Part shown: positions 10,771 to 22,465 of the stretch, piece after piece | Position numbering within the stretch: position 1 is the first letter of the stretch | Layout: every line of letters starts with the position of its first letter | DNA from: Minisyncoccota bacterium | Lineage (GTDB): Bacteria; Patescibacteriota; Minisyncoccia; Phycocordibacterales; UBA2100 | Length of the DNA: 64,000 nucleotides | NCBI GenBank assembly: GCA_031291875.1 | Contig: JARLIE010000040.1 | Span: forward strand, 132,088-196,087 | Reading direction: 5' to 3' | Notes under the pieces: generated by a model | Databases searched by the model: none | What the model saw: only the letters and a program-made list of their open reading frames with translations | What the model was told of the DNA's origin: nothing | Translations under genes and position numbers: made by a program

Positions 10771-10803
10771 CTCCTCCGAAGGTTAATCTCGGAGGAGTTT
10801 TAG
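10771..10803 (+). terminator. rho-independent terminator
   Basis: ctcctccga-aggttaatc-tcggaggag followed by ttttag, directly after the TPR gene stop. Confidence 0.65.
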
Positions 10804-11042
10804 TTATCCACAGACTTCAGAAAAATTTTATTTCTGCTTTAGAAAGAATTGATGGCTCCTTTGGCATAGTGTGCAGTACATTCTCGTTTTAGGGGTCAAG
10901 CGAGAATGTAGCAATCGAAGTTCCTCTGGTCAGGCAAGGTCCGCAGAGGAACTCTTGCTATCTGGCCATATCCGAGACTCGTCATAATTTCTTTATAAAG
11001 CTTTTAGGGAAGCATGAATGGGTCAATGCCATACTCGCGTAC

Positions 11043-11627
11043 ATGCATAAACTTTGGAAAGTACTGCGTTGGACAATTATCTTTGTCGCGCTCGTATACG
11101 CCGCGATGGTTATCTACGCCTACCCACATGTTCATCAAGAGCGTCTCGACCGCGAAGTGGTTGCGCAAATCGAAGCGCAAAAGATTACTCCCGATGACGT
11201 AGCTGGTGCGCATCTTGCGCCCACGCCGGATCCAAACGCAATTGATGCGACCGTCCAAGGAGTCGACGCCAATCAAAACGGCATCCGTGATGACGTCGAG
11301 CTCGCGATTTTCGCTAGGCACCCAACCTCAAGCGCGATCCGTGCCGCCGAGCTCCAGTACGCGATGGATCTCCAAACTCAACTGACACAAGTGACGGACA
11401 CGGCCACTTGGGCGGCAGCCGAAATACAGCGCGAGCGAGGCTTCGGGTGTCTGTACGATACTTCGCGCGGCGAGTATTCTCGCTTCGAAACAGAAACGGA
11501 CGCCTTGGTTATTAATACGAATCTGCGAAAAGAGAGATTCGATTGGATGCAGCAGTTCGGCACCTCTTATAAACTTTCATTCGGCCCCGATTGCGATGTG
11601 AGTTCGCAGCAGGGCTATGGCAACTAA
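11043..11627 (+). CDS. hypothetical membrane-anchored protein
   Basis: 194-aa ORF with an N-terminal TM helix (WTIIFVALVYAAMVIYAY) and no recognisable motif. Confidence 0.45.
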   Translation: MHKLWKVLRWTIIFVALVYAAMVIYAYPHVHQERLDREVVAQIEAQKITPDDVAGAHLAPTPDPNAIDATVQGVDANQNGIRDDVELAIFARHPTSSAIRAAELQYAMDLQTQLTQVTDTATWAAAEIQRERGFGCLYDTSRGEYSRFETETDALVINTNLRKERFDWMQQFGTSYKLSFGPDCDVSSQQGYGN

Positions 11628-14169
11628 ATTTCTTTTCTATTTTCTCTTCTTGTGGTGCGTGCCACTTATCGTTTTTGCATCATCGTGTTCTCCGGATTCG
11701 GCGACGGTCGTGTATATAAACGGCATTGAAACGACACAAAAAGAGGCGAGCGACGACATGGCGCTTTTGCGCAAAGACTTTCTGCAATACAGAGGCTCGC
11801 CGAACATCACCTTCTTGAATGGCTATAACCCTTCGCATCTCGGCGGTCTTGGAGACGCCATCGAATCTATTAGCCAGGCGATCAATTCACCGATCAGCAA
11901 TTACGATCTCTTCACGATTATCGCGCAACTTGCTTCGCAGGTACTTACTCGCAAAGTATTGCTTGTCGGTCATTCGCAAGGCGGCTTTTACGCGAACGAA
12001 ATCTACGACTATCTCGTCAAAAGCGGCACGCCGGCAAATTCGATAGGAGTGTACGAACTCGCAACTCCCGCTGATCATGTCGCGGGCAATGGTAGCTACC
12101 TCACGTCTTCAAATGATACGGTGATCAATTTTGTCAGAGGATCGCAAGCAGATTTACGATTGCCACAGGCGCTCCCTGCAAACGTGACCATTTTGGAACA
12201 AGCCAGCGACGCGAGCAACACCTGGTCGGGGCACATTCCGAGCGTGTATCTCAATGGTGCGGCTGCTCGGATAGCCGCCGATATAAAGCGAGCGCTTGGA
12301 GCACTTTCTGCGGACGGCGCCGGATCCGACAGTTGTATTGCTGCTCCGCAGCTTGGGTCTATATACGCTCTGCAAAAGAGCGCATTCGCTGTCGCCGATC
12401 CACTCGCTTCAAATATTGATGCCGCAATCCGTTCAACAGCTACCGCGATCAGTGAGGCAAACACGATCGGGAACGATGTCATACATACTGCTTTCAGCGA
12501 CGCATTCTTTGCGGTGATTCCAAGACCGACCGCACAAAACGCGGCGGGCGTGTTCGCTGTGGAGAAAGCGCTCTACGGCTCAAGTTTGAGTGTCGCTGAT
12601 TACGAGGCGCTTATAGCAGGCAAAGAGATTCCCGAAAATATTGATCCGCCCCCGACTCCGCAATCGAAAACGGTTCAGCCTGCAACGCCCATAGCTTCAC
12701 CGATACAAGCTCAACAGCAAAACAATCAGAACGAAAATCCTGCTCCAGCGACTCAACTCCCTCAATCACAAACTCAATCTATACTCCCGATTCCTGTGCC
12801 CGTGCCGATCACTGTCAGTCCCGGTTTTGGGGGAGGAGCTCCGGCACCGATGCGAACCGTACAAAGCCAAGGTTCATGGACTGCTCCGACAGCCGAAGAT
12901 TCTGGTCCACCGACTTCGACGACCTCGCAGCCGTCCGCCGCAACGACAACACTGCCGTTTGCGGTTACATCGCCGCTCGATCAGAGTATGTTTTCGACAT
13001 CGACCATTGCGTTTACAGGGACTACGACACCGCTTGCGACGATCTCCGCCAGTTTCGGAACGACAACTGTTTCTACCCGGGCAGATGCCGATGGAAGCTG
13101 GAGTATGTTGCTTGAGCTGCTCGCAGGCACCACGACGGTGTCATTCGGTGCCGCAGATACAGCAGGAGACACCACTGCAACCACGACGCGTTCGATCGTG
13201 GTCGCACTTGCTCAATCGACCACTACTATGACTGTTGCGACGACAACAGCTACATCGACCACGGTCGCGACCAACGAACCTGCAATCGATAATCCCTGCG
13301 GACAATCGCCATTAGCGACGAGCGGCTATTTCTTCAGTGGCGTGAAAGACGATCCTGAGTATCCAAGCGGCCTGCTTGAATACCACTTCAGAATCAATTC
13401 GGCATACGCGGACGGCCGCGCTTTCAAGATCACCTGGCAATACTTTGACGATCAATGCGAACAAAGCGCTCCCGAAAATTCTTCGACTCTACAGGTACAG
13501 CTGCCAACTGGCGTAACCGATTGGAGCGTTCGATTTTCCTCACCGACCCACTTCGAGATTTGGGATGATCAACATAACGCCATTGCCCTGGACGAAAATG
13601 GAAGCCCGATCGAGGAAGACATTCCCGCCCTGTCTAGCTACGAGAGTATTAAAATATCTGGAACTATAGGTGGCTCGGCGAGCACGCTGGATTCGCGCGT
13701 TGTCAAAATAAATGGGGCAGGGGAGCCGCCGTCGTTTCCGGATACGGCGATCATCCGCTCGGGCTGCACCAGCGGCTATGCGAGCGGCGTTCTCTTTGAT
13801 CCCGCGTATCAAAAATCCGAGTACGTCGGGCGGCTGCTCCGTATTCACTTGCGCCTGCGCTCGCCCTACAACAGCGGCCCGAGTTTCCCTTTGCAGGTGG
13901 TTGCGCTTGGAAGCGACTGTGGAACGCCGGTTCCCGACGCACCCACCAGCACCGTCGTCGTATCGCTCCCGGTATACATTCGGTACTACTCCTATCGAAT
14001 GGTTACGCCGACGCATTGGGTCCTATGGGACGATGAGAACGATATAGAGGCGTGCGCAGGATGCGAAGGCGACATTCCGGCCGATACGATCTATGTCGGA
14101 TTCTCTGCGACGGCTGAGCTCAGAGGGGACAATCAAATGTGGACGCCGTCTCTCTATCCGTCGCTCTAG
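11617..14169 (+). CDS. secreted alpha/beta-hydrolase (lipase-like GHSQGG) fused to S/T/P-rich linkers, Ig-like region and two copies of a novel C-terminal domain
   Basis: Signal/lipobox-like N-terminus (LIVFASSCSP). Nucleophile-elbow motif LLVGHSQGGFYANEIYDYL. Long Q/P/T/S-rich linkers. Two homologous ~100-aa domains (THFEIWDDQHNAIALDENGSPI vs THWVLWDDENDIEACAGCEGDI). Confidence 0.6.
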   Translation: MATKFLFYFLFLWCVPLIVFASSCSPDSATVVYINGIETTQKEASDDMALLRKDFLQYRGSPNITFLNGYNPSHLGGLGDAIESISQAINSPISNYDLFTIIAQLASQVLTRKVLLVGHSQGGFYANEIYDYLVKSGTPANSIGVYELATPADHVAGNGSYLTSSNDTVINFVRGSQADLRLPQALPANVTILEQASDASNTWSGHIPSVYLNGAAARIAADIKRALGALSADGAGSDSCIAAPQLGSIYALQKSAFAVADPLASNIDAAIRSTATAISEANTIGNDVIHTAFSDAFFAVIPRPTAQNAAGVFAVEKALYGSSLSVADYEALIAGKEIPENIDPPPTPQSKTVQPATPIASPIQAQQQNNQNENPAPATQLPQSQTQSILPIPVPVPITVSPGFGGGAPAPMRTVQSQGSWTAPTAEDSGPPTSTTSQPSAATTTLPFAVTSPLDQSMFSTSTIAFTGTTTPLATISASFGTTTVSTRADADGSWSMLLELLAGTTTVSFGAADTAGDTTATTTRSIVVALAQSTTTMTVATTTATSTTVATNEPAIDNPCGQSPLATSGYFFSGVKDDPEYPSGLLEYHFRINSAYADGRAFKITWQYFDDQCEQSAPENSSTLQVQLPTGVTDWSVRFSSPTHFEIWDDQHNAIALDENGSPIEEDIPALSSYESIKISGTIGGSASTLDSRVVKINGAGEPPSFPDTAIIRSGCTSGYASGVLFDPAYQKSEYVGRLLRIHLRLRSPYNSGPSFPLQVVALGSDCGTPVPDAPTSTVVVSLPVYIRYYSYRMVTPTHWVLWDDENDIEACAGCEGDIPADTIYVGFSATAELRGDNQMWTPSLYPSL

Positions 14170-14184
14170 GTGTAAAATAGAGGT

Positions 14185-14352
14185 ATGCGCCAGTCGCCAA
14201 CCAGCTCATTCTTCAGGTTCCTCGTGGTGTTTCTCGTATTTATCTCCGTCTTTTTTAGTGTCACGATTGCAGTACAAACGCTCTCAGCCAAACAAGGCGC
14301 TGCGCAGCAAGCAGCGGCTGCGGAAGCGCTGATGCTGAAACAGATTCAATAA
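14185..14352 (+). CDS. small hydrophobic protein (55 aa), below ORF-track size cutoff
   Basis: ATG at 14185 preceded by agagg. Translates MRQSPTSSFFRFLVVFLVFISVFFSVTIAVQTLSAKQGAAQQAAAAEALMLKQIQ with one TM helix. Stop abuts a strong terminator. Confidence 0.4.
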   Translation: MRQSPTSSFFRFLVVFLVFISVFFSVTIAVQTLSAKQGAAQQAAAAEALMLKQIQ

Positions 14353-14390
14353 AAAAGAAAAGCCGGAAGTCTTTCGACTTCCGGTTTAGA
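14351..14390. terminator. bidirectional rho-independent terminator
   Basis: A-run, then ccggaagtc-tttc-gacttccgg, then ttta, between convergent genes (+ strand ending 14352, - strand ending 14414). Confidence 0.75.
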
Positions 14391-14413
14391 GTTGGGCGGG
14401 CACGGCGAACTGT

Positions 14414-14761
14414 TTACGGCAATTGAATGTCGTGAATTCCGGCGAGTGAACGAGCGTATCGCTGTTCGTCCGGACCGAGTCCCTCAAGAGAGTTCGTATC
14501 TCCGGCCAGCACGCTTTCGACGATAGCTGCGGCGGGCGCGCCGAGTCGTTCGCGCACGATTTCGACCGTCGCGTACGCCGGTTGCGAAAGCTCGTACAGA
14601 CGAACGCCTTCGCTTTGGTAGCACCCGAGGTGCCGAACCATCGCGCCGGCAGCTTCGGTGCCGCTGGTGTGCTCTTCCTCAATCACGGCTTTTTGCCGCG
14701 CCGGGGAAAGCTTCGCGAATGTGCTGACGATAGGGAAGAACTTTTCATTCCAATAGCCCAT
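14414..14761 (-). CDS. hypothetical protein
   Basis: 115-aa ORF convergent on the bidirectional terminator and divergent from the rplJ promoter. No motif recognised. Confidence 0.4.
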   Translation of the reverse strand: MGYWNEKFFPIVSTFAKLSPARQKAVIEEEHTSGTEAAGAMVRHLGCYQSEGVRLYELSQPAYATVEIVRERLGAPAAAIVESVLAGDTNSLEGLGPDEQRYARSLAGIHDIQLP

Positions 14762-14826
14762 CTACCGATCCTCCTAAATGGCTTGTTGCATAGTAACATT
14801 TGGATGCATACAGGTCAAGTTTCGAT

Positions 14827-14854
14827 TTGACCTTTACGCTTCGGTGTGTAGAAT
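14827..14854 (+). promoter_or_regulatory. sigma70-type promoter of the rplJ-rplL operon, followed by ~110-nt L10 leader
   Basis: TTGACC-16 nt-TAGAAT read directly. The leader (14860-14971) precedes rplJ, where the L10 autoregulatory leader is expected. Confidence 0.6.
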
Positions 14855-14971
14855 ATGCAGCACAAGGCCAGAGAAAGCGAGCATTCCTTCGGGATATCAG
14901 ACTTGCTGAGGTCGAAACTCTCTCGTCGCCGTAGAGGTGACAGCCTTGGTTAAAAATAGGTTTTTCCGTAT

Positions 14972-15469
14972 ATGGCGAAAACCAAAGAACAAAAGCAGGA
15001 GATCATTACGAAGCTCGAGAATGCGATGAAAGGCGCCGCTTCAACCGTCTTCGTTCACTTCAACAAAGTGACCGTCGCGGAGGAAAGCGCGATGCGTCGC
15101 GACTTGCGCAAGGACGGTCTTGGTTACACCGTAGCCAAGAAAACCTTGATCCGTCGAGCGCTCGAGGCCATGGGCCACAATTCTTCGGAATTGCCGCTTG
15201 AAGGTGAAATCGCGATCGCTTACGGCGGTGGCGATGACGTAACGATCGCTGCCCGTACTCTTCACGAGTTCGGGAAAAAGCTCACCGACAGGCTCAGTAT
15301 TGTCGGCGGCATCTTCGAAGGCAAGCTCTTGGGAGCAGCCGAGATGCGAGAAATTGCGACGATTCCGCCGCTCCAGTCGCTGCGCGCGATGTTCGCCCAA
15401 CTGGTGAACTCACCTCGTCAGCGTTTCGCGGTGGTACTCAGCAAGGTCGCGGAAACCAAAACAAATTAA
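14972..15469 (+). CDS. rplJ: 50S ribosomal protein L10
   Basis: MAKTKEQKQEIITKLENAMKGAASTVFVHFNKVTVAEESAMRRDLRKDGLGYTVAKKTLIRRALE, the conserved L10 N-terminus. Confidence 0.9.
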   Translation: MAKTKEQKQEIITKLENAMKGAASTVFVHFNKVTVAEESAMRRDLRKDGLGYTVAKKTLIRRALEAMGHNSSELPLEGEIAIAYGGGDDVTIAARTLHEFGKKLTDRLSIVGGIFEGKLLGAAEMREIATIPPLQSLRAMFAQLVNSPRQRFAVVLSKVAETKTN

Positions 15470-15487
15470 TAGTCTTAGTACTCATCT

Positions 15488-15847
15488 ATGACACAGGAAC
15501 AAATCATCGAAGCAGTCGAGAAAATGACGATCGTGGAACTCAACACCCTCGTCAAGGCGATCGAGGAGAAGTGGGGAGTCTCGGCGGCAGCAGTTGCCGT
15601 TGCTGGCCCTGCAGCTGGCGCGGCTGCGGAAGAGAAGACGGAATTTACCGTCGAGCTCACCGCAATCGGCGAACAGAAAATCGCGGTCATCAAGGTTGTA
15701 AAGGAGGCGCTCGGCCTCGGTCTCGCGGAAGCGAAGACCATGGTCGAGAGCGCGCCGGTCGTGCTCAAGACAGACGTCAAGAAAGAGCAGGCCGAAGAAT
15801 GGAAGAAGAAAATCGAGGAAGCCGGAGGCAAAGTTACGCTCAAATAA
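15488..15847 (+). CDS. rplL: 50S ribosomal protein L7/L12
   Basis: [40 protein letters not shown]...AGGKVTLK, the typical L7/L12 with Ala-rich hinge. Confidence 0.9.
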   Translation: MTQEQIIEAVEKMTIVELNTLVKAIEEKWGVSAAAVAVAGPAAGAAAEEKTEFTVELTAIGEQKIAVIKVVKEALGLGLAEAKTMVESAPVVLKTDVKKEQAEEWKKKIEEAGGKVTLK

Positions 15848-15868
15848 TCCTGATTTTTCGAGAGCAAC

Positions 15869-15900
15869 ACCCGGCGACAAGCCGGGTTTTCTCTTTTTTG
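15869..15900 (+). terminator. rho-independent terminator after rplL
   Basis: acccggc-gacaa-gccgggt followed by tttctcttttttg. Confidence 0.8.
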
Positions 15901-15937
15901 GAGCCCGGCCTTTTTAATCTAGGGAAATAGAGGTAGC

Positions 15938-16576
15938 ATGTGGGCGATGAAAGACGACTTTTTGACCTTGTTCATGGGAGGCAACGTGGCCCGGACTCGT
16001 TTGTTGCGCGTATTCACCTTCGACGCAGAGCGTTCATTTCCGCTTAAGGATGCAGCGAAGCGCGCAGGTATTTCGGCGCAAGCAGCGTCGAAAGAAGTGA
16101 AAATTTTGGAAAAGTGGGGAGTCCTCAAAAAAGGAAAGACAGCATCAATTGTGCTTAGCAACGGAACTGCTCGCAAAGCGACCGCACAAGCAAAAGAGGA
16201 GACATGGTCGTTCGATCCGGACTTCGCCTATGCACGCGCCCTCTCGAGTTTCGTTCGCGAGATATCGCCGATGCGGTATGAGAACGTCGTGTCGACGCTT
16301 CGGGCTTGCGGCAAAGTAAGTGCTATCGTACTTTCCGGTTCTTTTACCGGCGACGAAACTCGCCCGGTCGACATTCTGATTGCAGGGGAGGATATGAGCG
16401 CGGAGAAGCTTGCCCGTGCTATCAAAGCGCTTGAACCGATCTTTGGTCGTGAGCTTCGTTATGCTGTTTTTACCACTCCCGAGTTTCGCTATCGCCTGAC
16501 CATTCAAGATCGTTTGGTACGCGACACATTTGATTTTCCCCATCTCGTACTGCTCGATCGTTCGAAAATTCTCTAA
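15938..16576 (+). CDS. hypothetical protein: N-terminal wHTH-like region plus minimal nucleotidyltransferase-fold motif
   Basis: C-terminal half carries a GS-x-GDE...DILIAGEDMS pattern resembling the pol-beta-like NTase hG[GS]...D-h-D motif. The N-terminus is HTH-like. Confidence 0.4.
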   Translation: MWAMKDDFLTLFMGGNVARTRLLRVFTFDAERSFPLKDAAKRAGISAQAASKEVKILEKWGVLKKGKTASIVLSNGTARKATAQAKEETWSFDPDFAYARALSSFVREISPMRYENVVSTLRACGKVSAIVLSGSFTGDETRPVDILIAGEDMSAEKLARAIKALEPIFGRELRYAVFTTPEFRYRLTIQDRLVRDTFDFPHLVLLDRSKIL

Positions 16577-16737
16577 CGGCGACAAAAAGTGCCGTTTTTA
16601 GGCCATGTGCGGGTATCCACACCGCCTCTTTCGTGGTGAAAAGAGCGATTGGACGACTGCTATCATTATTGTATTCAGTACAAGCGGGTCGAACTGCGCA
16701 ATTTATTTATTACATTTTTAATTAATTTATCTTCATT

Positions 16738-17430
16738 ATGATCGTTAGCCAATCGGCAGACGCGGTCTCAGGCTCGTTCAACGACCTCTGGTACACCGTC
16801 GTCGCCTTCTTGCCGAATATCCTTGCGGCAATCATCGTTTTTCTTATCGGATGGATCATCGGCGTCATTTTGTATCGCGTCGTCGTTGAAGTAGTTAAGG
16901 TGCTCAAGCTCGATGAGGCGCTTAAGGCGGCCGGCATGCACGAAGCGGCTCACCACGCGGGATTCAATCTCGACGTCGGAAAGTTCCTCGGTACGCTCGT
17001 TGAATGGTTCATCATCTTGGTGTTCCTCGTCGCTTCGCTCGACATCCTCGGCCTTACTCGCGTGACCATCTTCTTGCAGACGGTCGTGCTGCTCTACTTG
17101 CCGCAGGTCATCGTCGCTTCGCTCATTCTTATTCTTGGAGCTATCGTCGCCGAGGTTGTTCGCGGTCTTGTTGCCGGTTCTGCACGCGCTGCTGGCGCTC
17201 ACTCGGGCAACTTCGCCGGCACCGTCGCGAAGTGGGCAATCTGGATCACCGCGATCATGGCCGCTTTGACGCAGCTCGGCATCGCGACCGATCTTTTGCA
17301 GACGCTCTTCACCGGAGTCGTCATCGCGCTCTCGCTCGCCTTCGGTCTCGCCTTTGGTTTGGGAGGCAAAGAAGCTGCGGCTCGCGCGATCGAAAAGGTT
17401 CGCGCAGACATCTCGCATCACCAGCTGTAA
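16738..17430 (+). CDS. integral membrane protein with repeated conserved TM-helix modules (MscS N-terminal-like)
   Basis: 230 aa with 5-6 hydrophobic helices and repeated motifs (LPNILAAIIVFLIGWIIG, VIVASLILILGAIVAEVV, AIWITAIMAALTQLGI). Confidence 0.55.
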   Translation: MIVSQSADAVSGSFNDLWYTVVAFLPNILAAIIVFLIGWIIGVILYRVVVEVVKVLKLDEALKAAGMHEAAHHAGFNLDVGKFLGTLVEWFIILVFLVASLDILGLTRVTIFLQTVVLLYLPQVIVASLILILGAIVAEVVRGLVAGSARAAGAHSGNFAGTVAKWAIWITAIMAALTQLGIATDLLQTLFTGVVIALSLAFGLAFGLGGKEAAARAIEKVRADISHHQL

Positions 17431-17452
17431 GTAACCCTTCGTATGGGTTTGC

Positions 17453-17484
17453 AAAACCGCGCCGTGAGCGCGGTTTTGTTCATT
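17453..17484 (+). terminator. rho-independent terminator
   Basis: aaaaccgcgc-cgtga-gcgcggtttt followed by gttc. Confidence 0.75.
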
Positions 17485-17500
17485 CTGCTACAATCCTTTT

Positions 17501-18202
17501 ATGCAGGCAGTTATTCTCGCGGCAGGACGGGGAAGTCGAATGGGAGATCTCACAAAGGGATTGCCGAAGCCGATGCTCGAAGTCGCCGGGAAAACATTGC
17601 TTGAACATAAGTTCGATAATTTACCTGCTGAAGTCGATGAAGTTATTTTGATTGTCGGTTATCTCGGCAGTGTCATTCACGATCGCTTTGGCGGGATCTA
17701 CGGCGACAAAACGCTTCTGTATGTCGAGCAAGAGAATGCGGTCGGTGGAACTGCCGACGCGCTTTGGCAGGCCGAAGATGTTCTCCGCGATCGTTTTCTT
17801 GTTCTAAACGGCGACGATTTGTACTCGCAAGAAGATATTGCTCGGTGCATCGCTCCCTCAAACGAGTGGCAACTTTTGGTAACGAAAATGGAAGAAACAA
17901 AACCCTACGCGAAGGTCATCATGGACAAGCAGGGAATCGTAAGCGAGATACATGAAGCAGGAGATCACGACGGCGGACCCGGATACATTAATACGGCTGC
18001 CTGTGTTCTCGACACGCGAATATTCGAACACGCTCCTGTTCCGAAAGCGCCTGGCTCTTCGGAGTTGGGACTTCCACAAACGATGATCGTCGCGGCGCAT
18101 GAAATCCCCGTTGCGGTTCATGGCGTCGCCGCAACTGGATGGTTCCCTGTAACCGCGCCGGAAGATTTGGAGAAAGCAGAAAAATTCTTACGGCGAGGTT
18201 GA
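17501..18202 (+). CDS. sugar-phosphate nucleotidyltransferase (NTP_transferase family)
   Basis: MQAVILAAGRGSRMGDLTKGLPKPMLEVAGKTLLEH..., the G-x-G-x-R signature of glucose-1-P thymidylyl/uridylyltransferase-type enzymes. Confidence 0.8.
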   Translation: MQAVILAAGRGSRMGDLTKGLPKPMLEVAGKTLLEHKFDNLPAEVDEVILIVGYLGSVIHDRFGGIYGDKTLLYVEQENAVGGTADALWQAEDVLRDRFLVLNGDDLYSQEDIARCIAPSNEWQLLVTKMEETKPYAKVIMDKQGIVSEIHEAGDHDGGPGYINTAACVLDTRIFEHAPVPKAPGSSELGLPQTMIVAAHEIPVAVHGVAATGWFPVTAPEDLEKAEKFLRRG

Positions 18203-18246
18203 CTTACGCTCAAGCTTTTTGCACCATCTCTTTAGGATAAGGAGGG

Positions 18247-18687
18247 ATGATCATGCAAACTTCGATACTACGCGGATCGGCGGCGATTATTGAACGCGAC
18301 GACGGAAAAGTACTCATGCACCTGCGCAACAGATCGGCATGGATATATCCGAACTGTTGGGCGTTCTTCGGCGGAGGAGCTCAGCCGGGGGAATCGGCGT
18401 CCGCGGCTCTTCGTCGCGAACTGCTCGAGGAGCTCGGATACTTCTCTTTCGACCACCGTCTTTTCAGTGTCGCCTGGCACAGGAAAGGGAAGAAACGAAT
18501 TCTCGACTACACCTTTCTCGTCAGCTGGCATCAACGAAACGTGCGATTGGACGAAGGAAAAGGGAAAGAATGGTTCTCGCTCGAAGAGGCGCTCTCGTTA
18601 CCAACGCTTCCGCCTCACGAGAGGGGAGATTTGACCCGCCTCCAAACGCTCCGTTCGCGGCATTCTGTGGTGCTAATTGCCGCATAA
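18247..18687 (+). CDS. NUDIX hydrolase
   Basis: Nudix box GGGAQPGESASAALRRELLEELG. Strong SD (aaggaggg) 6 nt upstream of the ATG. Confidence 0.85.
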   Translation: MIMQTSILRGSAAIIERDDGKVLMHLRNRSAWIYPNCWAFFGGGAQPGESASAALRRELLEELGYFSFDHRLFSVAWHRKGKKRILDYTFLVSWHQRNVRLDEGKGKEWFSLEEALSLPTLPPHERGDLTRLQTLRSRHSVVLIAA

Positions 18688-18763
18688 TTACTAGATCCCC
18701 ATGGTTCAGCCGTGGGGATCTTACCTATAAAATCGGCAAGATAGTTGCCGGTAAGGCAAAGAT

Positions 18764-18792
18764 TTGACAGAAAATGACGCCTCGAATATACT
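18764..18792 (+). promoter_or_regulatory. sigma70-type promoter upstream of 23S rRNA
   Basis: TTGACA-17 nt-TATACT read directly, ~350 nt upstream of the 23S 5' end. Same hexamers as the 16S promoter. Confidence 0.6.
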
Positions 18793-19137
18793 CCGCAGCA
18801 CATATGGTGTTCGGAATGAGGGCGAAAAGGCGGCAACCGTAATGCGGGGGGAACCCCCACACCAAGGTGGCCGCGAAAGCGGCCTTTTTCACGCTTGAAA
18901 AAGCACGAAATCATATGTTGCTCGTTGAAAACTGAAGAGCGACACAAGAAAGAATCAAACGTTCCGTTTGGGTTATAAGTCTTTCCCGAACGGAATGCAG
19001 GAATCCGCCGTAAGGCGGGCAAAAAGAAAACATCAAGTCGCGTCTTCCTCTTGTAGGGAAGATGCGCAGTTCTCGTGAAAAAGCAGCGGTGTTTTTTCAC
19101 GAGACGTAATACGCGGTTCTCAGAATTCCTAGCGGGA

Positions 19138-22095
<2,958 letters not shown>

Positions 22096-22230
22096 CTCGA
22101 AAGGAATTGTGAGAGTCGCGTTAACGAATTGTTTTCTCTGTTTTGCCGGAATAGTGCACGCACTATTCTGCGCAAATATTTCTTGTGTCGCTCTTCGGTT
22201 TTCAGCGCAGCCGAAGTTCTTTGAATGTTT

Positions 22231-22342
22231 TGTGTTGGTGCTTCATCGGAGGGGTCACACCCGTTCTCTTTCCGAACACGGCAGTTAAGCCCTCTTGAGG
22301 CGATGGTAGTCGAAAGGCGAGAGTAGCTAGGCGCCAACACAA
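22231..22342 (+). rRNA. rrf: 5S ribosomal RNA
   Basis: Helix I pairs tgtgttggtgc with gcgccaacaca. Internal ccgaacacggcagttaagcc...gatggtagtcgaaaggcgagagtagctaggcgcc matches 5S loop C/helix IV-V conservation. Confidence 0.75.
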
Positions 22343-22404
22343 ACTATTCAAAGAATTCTCTCATTCCGTCATTTTATTCGGCAGGCAAACCTGCCGGCGG
22401 GGCA

Positions 22405-22463
22405 GTTAAGCCCTTCTGTGCTGATGGTAGTCGAAAGGCGAGAGTAGCTAGGCGCCGGGAAAA
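22405..22463 (+). repeat. direct duplicate of the 3' ~57 nt of 5S rRNA (5S fragment/pseudogene)
   Basis: gcagttaagccc.tct.gtgctgatggtagtcgaaaggcgagagtagctaggcgcc recurs ~65 nt after the complete 5S. The 5' half of 5S is missing from the second copy. Confidence 0.7.
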
Positions 22464-22465
22464 AG

